A stretch of 63,595 nucleotides of DNA, the filler included, from Guillardia theta CCMP2712 (taxonomy: Eukaryota; Protista; Cryptophyta): the NCBI RefSeq assembly GCF_000315625.1. It is 5 parts of 5 records of this genome, joined end to end, with 100 filler letters (N's around TTAATTAATTAA, not from the genome) between each part and the next. Parts side by side here need not be neighbours in the genome. Positions count along the whole stretch, not along the records: positions 1 to 31,813 come from NW_005434526.1; positions 31,914 to 48,412 come from NW_005434624.1; 3 more parts are not named here. One strand, 5' to 3'. Below the pieces are notes generated by a model, which was given only the letters and a program-made list of their open reading frames with translations, was not told the DNA's origin and ran no database searches. The stretch's first letter is position 1; each line of letters begins with the position of its first letter. Shown here piece by piece: positions 26,151 through 39,229 of the stretch. The position numbers were made by a program, and so were the translations under genes.

Positions 26151-26513
26151 TAGGCGCTTGTATTGGTAGTGACCAATCGGTGTGATGANNNNNNNNNNNN
26201 NNNNNNNNNNNNNNNNNNNNNNNNNNNNNNNNNNNNNNNNNNNNNNNNNNNNNNNNNNNNNNNNNNNNNNNNNNNNNNNNNNNNNNNNAGGGGGGGGGAG
26301 GGCGCTGTGGGTTCTTTTATATGAGAAGATTGCTCTAGGGGTGCAAAGGGGAGGGGAGAGGAGGAGAAGGGAGGAGGGAGGAGGCGGTCAAAGGAAGGGG
26401 GCAGAGGATGGAACGGAGCTGGGAGAGGAGGTGCAGAGGAGAGGAGGGGAGAGAGGAGCAGGAGAACAATCGATTCATTATTAAAAACATCGTTCACGGT
26501 ATCACTTGTGCGT

Positions 26514-28912
26514 TCAGAGCTTCTTGAGCGTCAAGAAACCTTCAGCGTCCTCGTCGCCCTGCTCCTCTGGTCACGTCGGAGCGAGCATGAGACGTTCCTT
26601 ACCTGATAGCTGAGCGACACCCTCGACTTGGACGGCAGCACGAGGAAGTCTACGTGCGTCAGACCCGTCAGGTTGCTGTTGGTGTACCGCCCCGAGCTCA
26701 GCAGGCGGCTGCCTGCATGGTAAGTGACGTGAGCAGGGGAAGAGCCTATGGTGATCGCTGGCTCCCCGTTGACATGCACGCGCGCCGACGGCCGCTTCCT
26801 GCTGAAGAACCCCAGCTCGATGCAGTAGAGGCCGGGGAGGACGCAAAGGATGTAAGTCTTATCCTTCTCCCACACCAGGTGGACAGGATCAGAGTTGGAG
26901 CTCTGCAGATTCCATGGCACCACCCCGCTCGCTTTCGTCTTCAGGCTCTTCCAGATCCACCGCCCGGAGCACACCTCTCCTCCCGGCTGACTCAGCATCA
27001 GGTACTTGTCCTGCCATGACGACGACACGTCCTGCAAGCTCGCCTTCTCTTGGATGAGGCTGTTCACCTCGATCATCGCGCGGTTGAACGCGTCAACGTC
27101 CACCTTCCCGTCTAGCAGGATGCTCATGTCCGCCACGTTGGCCTTCTCCGCCATCTCCGCGTACACCTTGCCGAAGCTCAAGGACCTGTCCGACCTCTCC
27201 AACCTTAGCTCGTCCAGCTCTTCCCGCATCTTCTTGTGACTTCTTCCCAGCTCGTTCTTCACGCTCACGATCTGGTTGTTGACGTCGGACGTGTGCTGCT
27301 GTATCTGCTTCAGCACATCCCTTGAGAGCGCGCTGTTCATCTGCTGGCTAGTGAGCAGCAACACTGAACCCTCCCTCTCACCTTCTCCTCGATCTGACTG
27401 ATGTTGTGCTCCAGCAGCTCATGTTGTCTCCGCCACTGTAGCTTGAAGTTCTCCATGCCTGAAGGCAGCAGGTAAAGGAAGGCAGCATGAGGGAGGAGGA
27501 GGAGAAGGAATGCAGCAGGAGGGAGGAGGAGGAGAAGGAATGCAGCAGGAGGGAGGAGGAGGTACCTTCATTGTACTCCTCTTTGCTCAGTTTCTCCGAC
27601 AGCTCATCTCGGATGTCGTCTCTTCTCACGAAGCCTCTTATCTTGTCTTGAACCTGCAAGCTCCTCACCTCGAGCTCCTCACAACATCACCGTCGCTCAC
27701 GTCCTCCAGCTTGTCGTCCACCATCCGATCCGCATTCCGCTGGATCGCTGCCAGACCTTGATCGATCTTGGAGGAGAGTTGGGTCTGCGAGCAGGGTGAG
27801 GGGGCTGGCAGGCTAGCAGGTGTCATACCTGGTATGCCTCCAACGCTGAGCTGAGCTCCACCTGAGTCTTCTTGCACATTCTTGAGCACTCGTCGGTCAC
27901 CTCCGAGTGATCTGACAAGGAGCTGCAGCAAGCGTTACCAGCTGACAGCTGCAGGTGCTGCTGGGATTCAACCTCCGAACAGAGCTTTGAAAGTCTTTCA
28001 TTTCCTGTGCTGTCCTGCTCAAGTCCTTCAAGCAGACATTCTTTCACCCAACAACAAGAGCAACATCAGTCGACGAGCACAGAGAGATCCATGGAAGCTT
28101 CTTCACCATCTGATCTTGCAGATCAATGAACTGAGTCGAAAGTTTCTCTGTCTTGTTCACCATGGCATCCTTGAAGACAGCTCAATCAGCATGTTCAACG
28201 TATGGACAAGCATTCACCATTTGCGCCTGACTCTTGTTCATAGCTCTCTCCATCTCTTCTAACTTGTTGCAATCTGCCTTCTTCGCTATCGCCTTCGACA
28301 GCGCGTCTTGGTTGCCGTAGATCCCAAGAGCGCTCTCGAGTGGAGCGAGATCAACTTTCTTGTGCAGCAGTTCAGCAACCTCCTTCTTCTTGGGGAACAG
28401 ACGGATCTCATCGAGCACGTACTCTATCTTGGTGTCTGCTGTCTCAAGATTCTTCTCTAAGTGCACTCTTGTCTTCTCATGCTCATCTCGATCGACCTTG
28501 CACGCAAGTTCCGACATGAAGTCACTTGTGTTCACTTTGCTGTCCAGCAGCTGGTACACCTCAGCCTTGTTGGCCTTCTGTTCCATGTCGCGGATAGAAG
28601 CCTTTGCATCCAGCATGTGGAGAATCTCAGCCACGCTCTTGTTCACGTCCGACATGTTTGCTTTGCGATCCAGCATTCCTTGTAGCTCGACATGCGCTAC
28701 CTTACCCTCTAGCTGCCGCTCGAGAGACTTGATCGCGACTCCTTGCGCCTTGATGACATCGTGAAGGGTCTTGAAGGTTCCTCGTATCACATCTTGAACA
28801 GACTTCCATTCATTCATCCCCTTGCCCTCTGTTCAGCTCTCCCCTCCTCCGCACAAGGACACATCCTTACCTGCAGCAGGTCTTCGACTAGAACTCCTGA
28901 CATGTCAGTCAT
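26514..28912 (-). CDS. Coiled-coil protein with KAN/KVD-type repeats and a C-terminal C1q-like beta domain
   Basis: Long heptad exons (28182-28817, 27378-28047); C-terminal GRWIWKS...VPWNLQSSNSDP...PGLYCIELGFF...DFLVLP...EGFLTLKKL-stop. Confidence 0.75.
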
Positions 28913-29702
28913 GGTGCCTGCAGTCAGGGGTCATTTCAATCCGCACATCATCATGGTTTTTCTTGACTACACTCTCATCTCCGTCCCTACCTGATCTTAT
29001 CCTCTCTCTACGACTGCTGAGTTCCTATCGGCCCCATCCTCACAATACATCTCATTCTGGCAGTACACCTGAGATGTCCTGATTTCGTCTCTATCCTCTT
29101 CTTCCTCTTCCTACATGCCAGCTCTCCTCCTGTCCCTCCCTCTTCTCCCTCCTCGCCCCCCCCCTCCTCTCCTCTCCCTCCCTCTTCGCATTTTATCCCA
29201 GGTAAGTTTCTACCGCTAATCTGCCAACTACCCCTACCCCTGTTTTTACCTGCCTGTGAACCCCTACCCAAAGGCCTACCTACCCCTACCCCATCTCCTT
29301 CCCTTGCAGCTCATCAACCCAGGTAAGCTCCCGAAACGAGATGACACTCCATGGCCAAGGGAAGGGAAGGGAAGGGAAGGGAAGGGAAGGGAAGGGAAGG
29401 GCAGGGAAGGGAAGGGAGAAGAGAAGGGATCGACTTATCAGAACGCGATGATAGAATTCAGAAGTGCATTAGTTCGAGACAAGTTGTGAGATGCTTGAAA
29501 TATGATTGCGATCGATGAAGTCGACTAACTCTTGTACAACAATCTGTCATAAGAGTTGTCGTGTACTAGTATCTCTCATAAGAGGAGATTAGAAATCTCT
29601 TCCCCTCCAATATCATCATCCTACATTACTGATCTGCACATACCAGGTATCAGTGACCGGACGCTTGTTCGGCAGACCCTGGGTCTCCTAGCGTAGAAGG
29701 CC

Positions 29703-30747
29703 ATGGTCATATCAGGGCTGCTACCTCGGAGAACAGCATCGTTGAGCCTGCTGCTTGCTCTCCTCTCTCTTTCTCTCGACGACAGCTCCTCCTACACACC
29801 TGCGTGTCTAGACAACAACGATTGCAACCTGCCCAGGAACTGCTTCACCTGTGATCCTGCTGAGTTTGAAATCTACTCCAATGGGTACGGCGGATTTCCA
29901 CTGTCCGCAAAGTGCAGGTGATGGGAGAGGGAAGGAAACTAAGGCGCCTGTCTCTGACTTGTCTTGCTCCTGCTTCTGCTCCTGCTCCAGCTCCATCGTC
30001 AGCAACTGCCTGTACTGCTGGAAGGGACTGGAGCAGGTGGTTCTCGGGGATGGATGGAGCAGCACGTTCCAGTACCGATCTTGCGTGCCATGGCCGGTAA
30101 GGAGCGAAGAGCGAAGATGGCTGAAGTGACGGTAGTATAACAGACAGCGGTGGCTTGTAACTCCGACACTTGCCCGAGCGAGTATGCTTACTATAAGGTA
30201 GTTCCCTAGCATTGTTGTGCGCTGAGTGATGGCGGTATGCTCAGGTGGACCATTGTATCACCAAGACGATGCAGAAGACAGCATCGGCTTGCTCGATCGG
30301 GGGATGGTGAGAAGAGCGGAGGTTAAGGAGCTAGCCAAGGCAGGGAAGGGCAAGGAGAGAACAGCACAGCAGAGGAAAGAAGAGGAGAGGAGAGGAGAGG
30401 CAAGGAGAGGAGGAGTGGCAAGGAGAGGAGGAGAGGAGGAGAGGAGACGAGAGAGAAAAATGGGTAAAGAAGAGGGAAGGGGAGAGGACGATAGGAAGCA
30501 GAGGAGAGGAAGGGAGGAGGAAGGAGAGGGAGAGAGGAGGAAGGAGTGAGGGTTGTCGCAGGTGCTCGAAGACAGTTACAGATTGTGTTTGCTCCGGTGA
30601 AAAGTGCAACCTGGGGACGAGAATGATGCAGCACAATCTTGTAAGTGACTAGTGGCTGGTGGGGCTGGCCTGATGCGGCAGCAGGTGACCGTCCTGCTGA
30701 CAACGAGCTTTGTAGCCCTTGTTGTCCGCAAGTGCTTTCAAGGATGA
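29703..30747 (+). CDS. Small secreted Cys-rich, probably GPI-anchored, three-finger (LU/Ly6/quiver)-like protein, 6 exons
   Basis: Signal peptide; the spliced frame gives CFTC...CLYCWK...RSC...CVCSGEKCN followed by hydrophobic VTVLLTTSFVALVV. Confidence 0.6.
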
Positions 30748-30878
30748 TGGAGTGGAGGATGAGATGGGGAAATGAGAAAGACTGACCAGCACCTTTGTAG
30801 ATTTACAAGCACTTGAAACACAAGAGAAAGAAATGACATGTTGATAAACCGCAGAAAAGATACAAGAGTTGGTTCTGC

Positions 30879-31620
30879 TCAAAAGTCGCCGCAATGTGCA
30901 AATTTCCACCTTTGCATAATCTCAGGAAATGCAAAGAGTGCAGGAGGATGGAAAAGACTGAGATGACGTGGCCAGAAGAAAGAACAACGACAAGAAAGAG
31001 AGCAGGGGAGAGCAGAGCAGAAGGAAGGGCAAGACAAGAGCAGGGGAGAGCAGAGCAGAGCAAAAGGCAGTGCAGGACAAGTTACCAGTGTATGAGCTCC
31101 TTCAGTTGGATCGCGCCATCTCCGTTGGCGTCCATTTCCGCCATGATGCGCAGAGCCTGGACAAAGTCTCAGTTGAAGAGGAGGAGCGACATGGCCGAAC
31201 CTCGTCGCGCATGCAGATGTGGCCGAGGTCCTGGAGGATGCTATGAAGCTCGTCCGCCGTGATCGAGCCTGAGAGCCAGCGAGGACAGTGAGAAACGAGC
31301 CCCTTGAAGAGATCAGAAGAAGCAGGAGGAGCAAGAACAGGGACAGGGCAGGCGAAGAAAAGGGGCAGGGGCAGGGGCAGGGGCAGGGGCAGGAGTGAAA
31401 GGTGTGCAGCTTGTTAACCAGATCTCTCGGTGTCACTGGCAAGGAAGAGCTGGAGGAGGCGTGAGGAGAAGAAGAGCAGGAGAAGCTCGTCCTCGCCTGT
31501 TTGATCCTTTTCTTGTCCGCATCCGAGTCCATCTGAGATGAAGGTGAGCGGCAGGCGAGAGCTCAGCCCCTGACGCACCTCCTGCTCCTTGTGCGCGAAG
31601 ATGCTTGCGAACTGAGAGAG
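30879..31620 (-). CDS. EF-hand protein, 3' exons only (5' part lost at the scaffold edge)
   Basis: Exons ITADELHSILQDLG and ALRIMAEMDANGDGAIQLKELIHW (canonical EF loop). Confidence 0.65.
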
Positions 31621-31813
31621 AAGTAGCAGAGGAAGGCGAGGAACATCAGCAGGTGGAAGAAGGAGAAAGATTGAGATAGGGAGAGGGGGGGGGTTGGGGG
31701 GGGGAGGGAGGGGGAGGGAGGAGGAGGAGGGAGGAGGGAGGGGAAGGAAAGGGAGGGAGGTAGAAATGGAAGGAGACGACGAAACGAGGAGGATGAGGTG
31801 GAGGAAGGGAGTG

Positions 31814-31913
31814 NNNNNNNNNNNNNNNNNNNNNNNNNNNNNNNNNNNNNNNNNNNNTTAATTAATTAANNNNNNNNNNNNNNNNNNNNNNNNNNNNNNN
31901 NNNNNNNNNNNNN
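31814..31913. other. Artificial scaffold-joining spacer
   Basis: N run, TTAATTAATTAA (stops in six frames), N run. Confidence 0.95.
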
Positions 31914-32829
31914 CCTCCTCCTCCTCCTCCTCGCTTCTTCTTTTCTGCTTCTTCCTCACTTTGTTTGATCTGTCTTGTCTTGTCCTCGTAGAATCGCAGG
32001 TGCTCCTGCAGGAACTGCATAGCATGCTCAGCTCTCAGCAGCCTCCTCCCCCCGATTCCTCCCACTCCTCGCTCCTCCTGCTCTTCCTGCTCTTCCTGCT
32101 CCTCACCTCTTCATTGAGACTGGGGGAGGCCTGATGCGACTCCTGCGCTTGAGCTGCAAGACTTGAGGATGCGCGACCCCTCCTGCCTCGTCACCTTCGT
32201 CGACGGAAGAGGCTGAACGCTCAGAGCTGCCGGAGAGGTCGTACTCCTACCAAAGCCTTAGAGCAGGCGGAGGAGGATGAAGACGAGGACGAGGAAGGGA
32301 AAAGAAGAAGAAATGCAAGAGCGAGGACAGAGGAGGAAAGAGTGAATGGAGAGCAGGGCCCGGCAGAGGAGAGGAGAGGAGGAGAATGGAGCTCACCGAC
32401 TCGGTGCCTAGGAGCATGCCGTCATGGTCCCTCCTCTCGACGTCGATGAGTTTTTCAGGGCTGGCAGAGGGAGGAGGCGAGGGGGCTGAAGTTCGTTTCT
32501 GTCTCGCGGGTCTGATGGGAGAGGATGAAGGAAGGTCGCCGTCCGGACTGTTGAGATGAAACTGAGGGAGGAAGGAGGAGGAGGTCAATCCGGAGGGAGA
32601 CAGGATCTCAGTGCTGTGCGCTTGCGCCTGCTCGGACTCGAACGTCTGCTGCAGCTGAGACCCAACGGCGTTGGCGGATCCTCCCAAGAGAGGAGGGAGG
32701 AGAGGCGAGCGAGCTGGAGCAGCAAAGAAAGGAGGAGAGGGAACAGGAGCTGGTGCATGAGTAAAGAAAGGCGAATAGGTAGGGAGAGCAGAAGCAGGAA
32801 CAGGAGCAGGAGGATAGGCGGGTGAAGGT

Positions 32830-32893
<64 letters not shown>

Positions 32894-34037
32894 TAGGAGA
32901 AAGAACAGGAGCAGGAGCAGGAGGAGACGGAGAAGGGTACTGGAGAGCCTTAGCCCCAGGAACGATGCTGGGGATGGATCGCTCTAGGAAGCAGACGACG
33001 AGGGAGAAATCGTCGTTGAGCGGCTGGAGCAGGAGCGGCTTTCTGACGGCGATCTCAACGATCTGCATGCAGCATCAGCATCCTACGTGTCGCCTCCTCC
33101 CCCTCCCACCGTTCCCGGCTGCCCCAACAATCTTGTCTGCACTTCGTTGGCGGTGTCGAACTCGACATACTGGCGAATGTGAGAGAGAGGAGGGAGAAGG
33201 CAAGGCAGGAGGACGAGGAGGACGAGGAGAGGACCACGGCGACGACGAGGAGCAGGAGGGGCCTCTTCTCACCTGTTTGTCAATGAAGATGATGGCATCC
33301 CCGACGTCGATCTTCTTGCTCATGTCAGCCGGAGAGTTGGGTATGATGCCCTGCAGTAGGCGCTTACAGACCAGGCTGCTACTCATCCTCCTCATCCTTA
33401 TCCTCCTCATCCTCCTCATCCTCATCCTCCTCATCATCCTCATCATCCTTATCATCCTTATCATCCTCCTCCTCATCATCCTCATCATCATCCTCATCAT
33501 CCTTATCATCCTTATCATCTTCCTCCTCACCTTCACCGTGCAGTTGGGAGGCCCCAAGACGAGGCCGACAGAGGCGATGTGGTTCTTGGTGCTGATAGAG
33601 GAGGAGGTCAAATCTCCTGCGAGAGGAGAAGGGGTGACGGTCGCTTGCAGGGCACTTCTATGAGGGCTGCCACTAAGATCCGCCATCGGTTGCTTCATGT
33701 CATCCTCTCTCTGAAGCCATGAATGCGCCTCTACGCTCTTCGTGTCCTGCAACAAGCTCGATCGCTGAAAGAGCTCGGCAGGGCTGATTGGAGGAGGAAG
33801 ATCGCTGTCGACGACTACCTGGCTCTTCATGGCACTGGAGGGAGTGTCCAAGTCTCTGCTCGGAGTCTTGGAAGCATGCTGAGAGACCTGAGCAGGTCCT
33901 GTCCTTCCGCTGAACATGGTCTTGAGCCTGCGATGCCTGGAGGAGAGGAGGAAGAGGAGGACGAAGAGCATGATGATGCCGAGGAGGACTAGACCTCCGA
34001 CAACGCAGACGATGAGAATGATCTTGTCCTGCTGCAT
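31914..34037 (-). CDS. Single-pass membrane protein with PDZ domain and coiled-coil tail; 3' end truncated by the scaffold edge
   Basis: N-terminal TM IILIVCVVGGLVLLGIIMLFVLLFLL; PDZ-like VGLVLG...GIIPNSPADMSKKIDVGDAIIFID. Confidence 0.65.
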
Positions 34038-34667
34038 CTTCCTCGTCTCAAAATCTCTAGCTCATCTGCAGCCTCCTCTTCCTCCCCTCTCTTCCTCCCC
34101 TAGCTCTCTCCCCTCTCTGCATCCTCCCAGTCGCTTCCCCAATCCTCGCAAGCCTTTCAGGTTTCAACTGCTCAGTGAGCCCTACATCCCTCCTCCCCTC
34201 TCATGAACTTCTACATCCCTCCTCCCCTCTCAGACCCCTACCGTCCTCAGCCGCCGCGGTCAGTGCCCGGCCGGGCCCGGCGAGTCCCAGGGCGGGTCCT
34301 CCCGCCCCTCTCACTCTCATGACCAGTCCTCCCCTCCGTCGGAGTCATAACCCCTACACCCGGGGCCGCCAGTCAGGTTCGCCCGGCGCGGCGGGCGCCT
34401 CCGACTCGGGCGACCGGCGTGGCATCATGATCCGAGCCCCCGCCGCCGGGGCTTTCATCACTGATCCGATGACCCGCCGGCCGCCTACACCCCACCGGTG
34501 ACCCCCCACTCATGACGGCTGACCCCTGCACCCCCGAGGCCCGGGAGGGAGGCAGCGGCCGCCGATCATAGCCGCCGCTCCGCCACTCAGCGCCTGAGGC
34601 TCCCGGAGGCGCCGAGGCTGATTGCCATCACCAAGACTCGCTGGCAAGTCACTGAGAGGAGACTCGT

Positions 34668-37600
34668 TAGCATCCCTGAGTCAAGGACCGTCCAACAGAC
34701 TCTGTAAGAAGTTTCGGTTCAGCATCGGACTCAATGAAACGGCGGCGACTCGCCGCAAGCCTCTCACACTCATCGGACAAAGTCGGAATATCCTTACATG
34801 ATGCTCAAATTCGGCAGGCTGAAACAAGAACATTCAAGATCCGTGCAATCCAAACCTGATGTATCATGTTTAACGCTCTTTGATGTTCGATCTTAGTGCC
34901 GTCGCTGTATCATCGTATGCCCACAACATGCGCTGTTCTTCCGAGGGTATGCAAAGCGGCTACAAAGAGAGACGCCAAAAAGAGACTCAGCGAGTCACCC
35001 AGCTTCTGAGAGACAGAATGGCAGCGATTCCCAGAGCGATAAAATGACATCAATCAACATACTGTACAAGGTGAACCCATCAAGCACTGGCCCAGGTTAC
35101 ATCAATTCCAACGATTCGACATCAATTACTTCTATTCATTATCATTCCTTCTGAAATCAATAGTCCAATGCGTTGGCAAACTTGACGTTGTTTGAAAAGA
35201 GCTTGGCGATGCAATACTTCACCTCTCCTGCCAGTCAATTTCAGCGACTAACAGGCTTATGTAAAACCAAAAGATGCAAGCAACACAAAATTTGAGAGCA
35301 GAGGTCAAACATGACAAGAAAAATGCTGAATCAATCATCATTTTAGGAAGAGAATACTAAGAATCAATCATCATTTCAGCAAGCGAAAGTTCTGAAACAC
35401 CAGAGGACTAAGCACATGCTCAATCAGTCAGAATTCTTGCAACAAAGAGGTTTCAAGCATGCACAATTCAACATCAGACGGAGGGAGAACTTCAAAACAG
35501 AGCCTTGCTCGTAACCGAAGCACGATTGTTACCTTCGGTCACAAAGGAGGAAGCGCAATAATTCAAAGCAAACACTTTCTGTCGGCGCTCAGAGGCGCCA
35601 TCGAGGTAGAGCTCTTGAGTGGTCTGAGCGGCGACATTCTTCTCGTAGAGGGCAAACATGATGGGGTTGTGCGTCAGGTATCAGAAAGGCGGAGGTATCT
35701 GCTGCTGCTCTTGCTCCTCGTCTCTTCCCTCTTGTCGTCCTCGCCCTCCTTCCTTCACTTCGCTGCTTCCAGTCTAAAAGCGGCTCCGGTGGTTACATCC
35801 GTTACATTTGACGGTTGGTCATCGTTGATGGTCGTTATTTCCGTTAAAAGACCCAGGATGACCCCTTGCTGATAGTACCCCTCACCTCTACTCGGAACTA
35901 CCCCTACCTATCCTTGTGTGGGCTGACCTACCCCTGTGTGATTCCAAAGGCGAAAGGGCAAACCATGCACTCGCTGCTTATCAACATTCCGGTAAGAGAG
36001 GAGAGGAGAGGAGAGGAGAGGAGAGGAGAGGAGAGGAGAGGAGAGGAGAGGAGAGGAGAGGAGAGGAGAGGAGAGGAGAGGAGAGGAGAGGAGAGGAGAG
36101 GAGAGGAGAGGAGAGGTGAGGAGGGGTGAGGAGAGGAGCGAAGAGGAGGGCAGGAGAGGAGAGGAGAGGAGAGGAGAGGAAATTGTGTGGACAAGGTATG
36201 AATGAAAAAGGAACGGCTCAGTCACGGGTATTGGGTATTGGAAGGAGAGGACCAGACAGGCAGCAGAGCAGAACAGAGCGGTTACCAGACGATGAAGCGG
36301 AGAAAGAACATGAAGCGGGTTAGAGACCTCACACGCGCATAACATGAAAAAAGAGGATATTGAAATGATCAGTTTGACAAGAAACGAGATTTGTTGATAC
36401 CAGTCCAGAGGATTTATACAGGACAACAGAAAAATTCGTTATGAATTTGAGCACATCTCTGCTATTTCATGTCAAGTCAATTGGTGTTGGTCTCATGTCG
36501 ATTCAGGTCACTAGAACGGGACTGGTGGAAGCAAACCGCGGCTTTCAAGATCACATGTTCAAGCTCTATACGGGCCAGTCACTGAAGCAGGTGATTGATC
36601 CGTCTCATTTCTTGGATGTCCCTCAACGAATGCCTGCACAGCGACACATCGATCACGCGTCGCAGAGCATCGGTGGTAGCAGGTGAGAGAAGGAGTGGGA
36701 GGAGGAGAAATGATGGCGTCATAGGGGGGTCGATCGCTTCGGCATTCCCCGCGGAGGAGCAGTCATCGACATTTAAAGGACCATGTAGACGTTGGTGGTG
36801 TAATATGATCGATCCGTTTCAAAGGCTTCTCCCCTCGTGGTCCCTCACACCTACCATGCTAGTCGCGCCCCTCACATACACAGTCAGGCTGGTCTATCCT
36901 GACTAGACTGACTGAGTCAAGCAGGCGTGAAGGTTTGACTCCGTGAAGGATGCGAGCGCGCTGAGACGTTGTGAGGGAGAGACAAGTGCAGGCAGCGCGA
37001 GGACCTCCTTCAGTGCCTCGTGCTCCCTGGCGTCGAACCTCCCGCGATCACCTCCCTCCCCTTCCCTCGGGTTGGCGATGATGACCCTGCAGCTCGTCAC
37101 GATCGCACGTGAGGCAATCAGCTCACCGATTCTCCGGCGTGACGGTCGCGGGGACCATTCGCAGACTGCAGATGAAGCCTCTCTCCTGCTATCCGCCTCA
37201 CCGCCGCTCTCAGCACTCGTACCTCACATGCAACGAGCCAATCCTCGCGATGTCAACGAAGTGCGCGAGCGGAACCTCGAGGAGGCTGGCAGCCTGCGAG
37301 GGTCAGGGGTCTGTCAGGCGGCAGAGAAGTGCGAGCATACATGGCGGACGCGGCCGTTGAAGCGATCGGCATGGCAGCACCTGGAGGATGAGGTGACGCA
37401 CAACAGAGGGCCCTAATGCATCACGGCATGACAGCAAACGACACGCTCCTCTCCACGCACGCGTCCATGATCACATCAGTGAGGTAGTTACAGGCTGCAT
37501 GGCGTCATCAGGAGCTGTAGAGCAGGAGGTCTTTCGCACCATGGATGGCAAACACACGAACCCCTTGCCTGGCTTCATGCGAAGGAGCTTGAGAGTCGAG

Positions 37601-38822
37601 GAGAGCAGGAAGCGTCTCTGCTATGTCGCCCTGTGGGAGATGAGAAGTGACTGGAGCAAGGAGGCAGGAGGAGGGGGGATAGGAGGGGGGACCTCGGCGA
37701 ACTTCACTTGCGCGACTTGAGGTAGCAGACCTGACGCATCATCAGACGAGGAGCAGCCTATGGAGCTTAACCAGCTAGTTGGAAAGACTGCAGGAGGTTG
37801 GCGGCTGACGGAGGAAAGTGAATATCTGTGATGAAGACCCTCTAGCTCCTTGTGAACGAGACGAAAGCGCGACGTCGCTTCCTCACCTCACATTTCCGCA
37901 TAGCGAGCAGAATGAGCCCTCTCAACATGTCAGCTCCAGCGAGGTCTCGACGAGTGTGCAGGTACCGAAGAGTCCATGTCCGCTACAGCAATCCACCGCT
38001 GTCATGCACCCCCTGAACAGGCTCAGATGACTGTCGACTTGCGTTACCTCTGCTCACTTCTTCAGCAGAGGAGTCTCCACCTTCTTGAGGAACGCGAAGG
38101 CTTCGTCCACCTCCTGCTCGTCTCCCCTCATCCTTCCGCCCCCTCCTCCCCGCGTCTCTCTACCTTCTTGCATGGCTTGGGTCTGGGCGCGTCAAGGTAG
38201 GCGCCCCTGAAAGAGGCGAGGGTGTGAGAGGAGGGGAGGGAGAGAGAGAGAGAGAAGAAGAAGAAGAAGAAGAGAGGAGAGGAGGGGAGAGAAGGGGAGA
38301 GGATCGAAGAGGAGAGGAGAGGAGAGGAGAGGAGAGGAGAGGAGAGGAGAGGAGAGGAGAGGAGGGTTGTGCTCACCAGATTCTCTCAGATATTGTCTTT
38401 CTAGGCGTGAAGGTTCTGGACAGCATGGAAGTAGAAGCAGCAGGAGACTCCTTGCCATCAGCACTAACGCCCTCGACGTTTCGAACATCGGAGGGTGGAG
38501 GGTCTCGAGCAGAGCTTGCGCCTGGCTGCTCGTGCCTTGATTGAGGTGCTGTGTATGTGTAGCGGATGGAGCACCGCAGCCACCTCCTCCTCAACCTCGA
38601 CCTGAACGAGCTTTCCTCCCAGTTCCAGAGATTCATGCAGCGACCCTGCCCTCCCCCTCGCACGAGAAAGTCATCGATCCTCTTGTCAATGGCATGTTGC
38701 CGAAGACAGCTCTGCTGGAGACTCTCTTCCTCCTCCATGGCCTCGCCCCTCGCATCCCTCACAGTCAGCCATGCCCTCTTGGCCCTCCCGCCATGCCCTC
38801 CCCTACGCCCTTGCCCCGACAT
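34668..38822 (-). CDS. One or more hypothetical multi-exon genes, unknown function
   Basis: Series of open exon-like segments with splice signals (e.g. 38373-38822, 36903-37400, 35530-35870); no family motif recognised. Confidence 0.35.
35996..36180. repeat. (GAGAG/AGAGG)n pentamer microsatellite
   Basis: Directly visible; similar tracts at 1-150, 23100-23230, 23855-23960, 38310-38365 and (AGAAG)n at 43750-43890. Confidence 0.9.
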
Positions 38823-39229
38823 GGATTTGTTGGTTTAGATACGAGATCCTGGAGTTTAGCGAGGGTTTGGCTCTACAGGGATTAGTTTGCAATAGCGTCT
38901 CATCAAAGGGAACATGGCAAGGGGGGCGGGGTGGGAGGTAGGGGAGGAGGGCAGCAGGGTGAGAGCGAAGGCATGGCATGCTGGTATGAAGGAAACATGA
39001 GCAATGGTGTGAAAGAGAGGATGACGATGTTGAGGGAAAGAGAAGGAAAAGGCGAGGAAGAAATAAGATGAATGTTAGTGAGGATGGGGAGTGAACTGAT
39101 GGGAGGTGATGGTGATAGCGAGGTGGTCGGGTGAAGATAAGGGAGGATCATGTTGGCAGTAAATCCAGTCTTGAAGCTGCAAGACTGGAGTAGGAGGACA
39201 TCTTTGCTCACTGTCGCTGTGACCTGCAG

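Noticed and set aside
31858-31869. TTAATTAATTAA motif between N runs (also about 48457, 57002 and 62229)
   Set aside because: Identical 100-bp construct each time; an artificial joiner, so no linkage can be inferred across it (e.g. telomere next to satellite)
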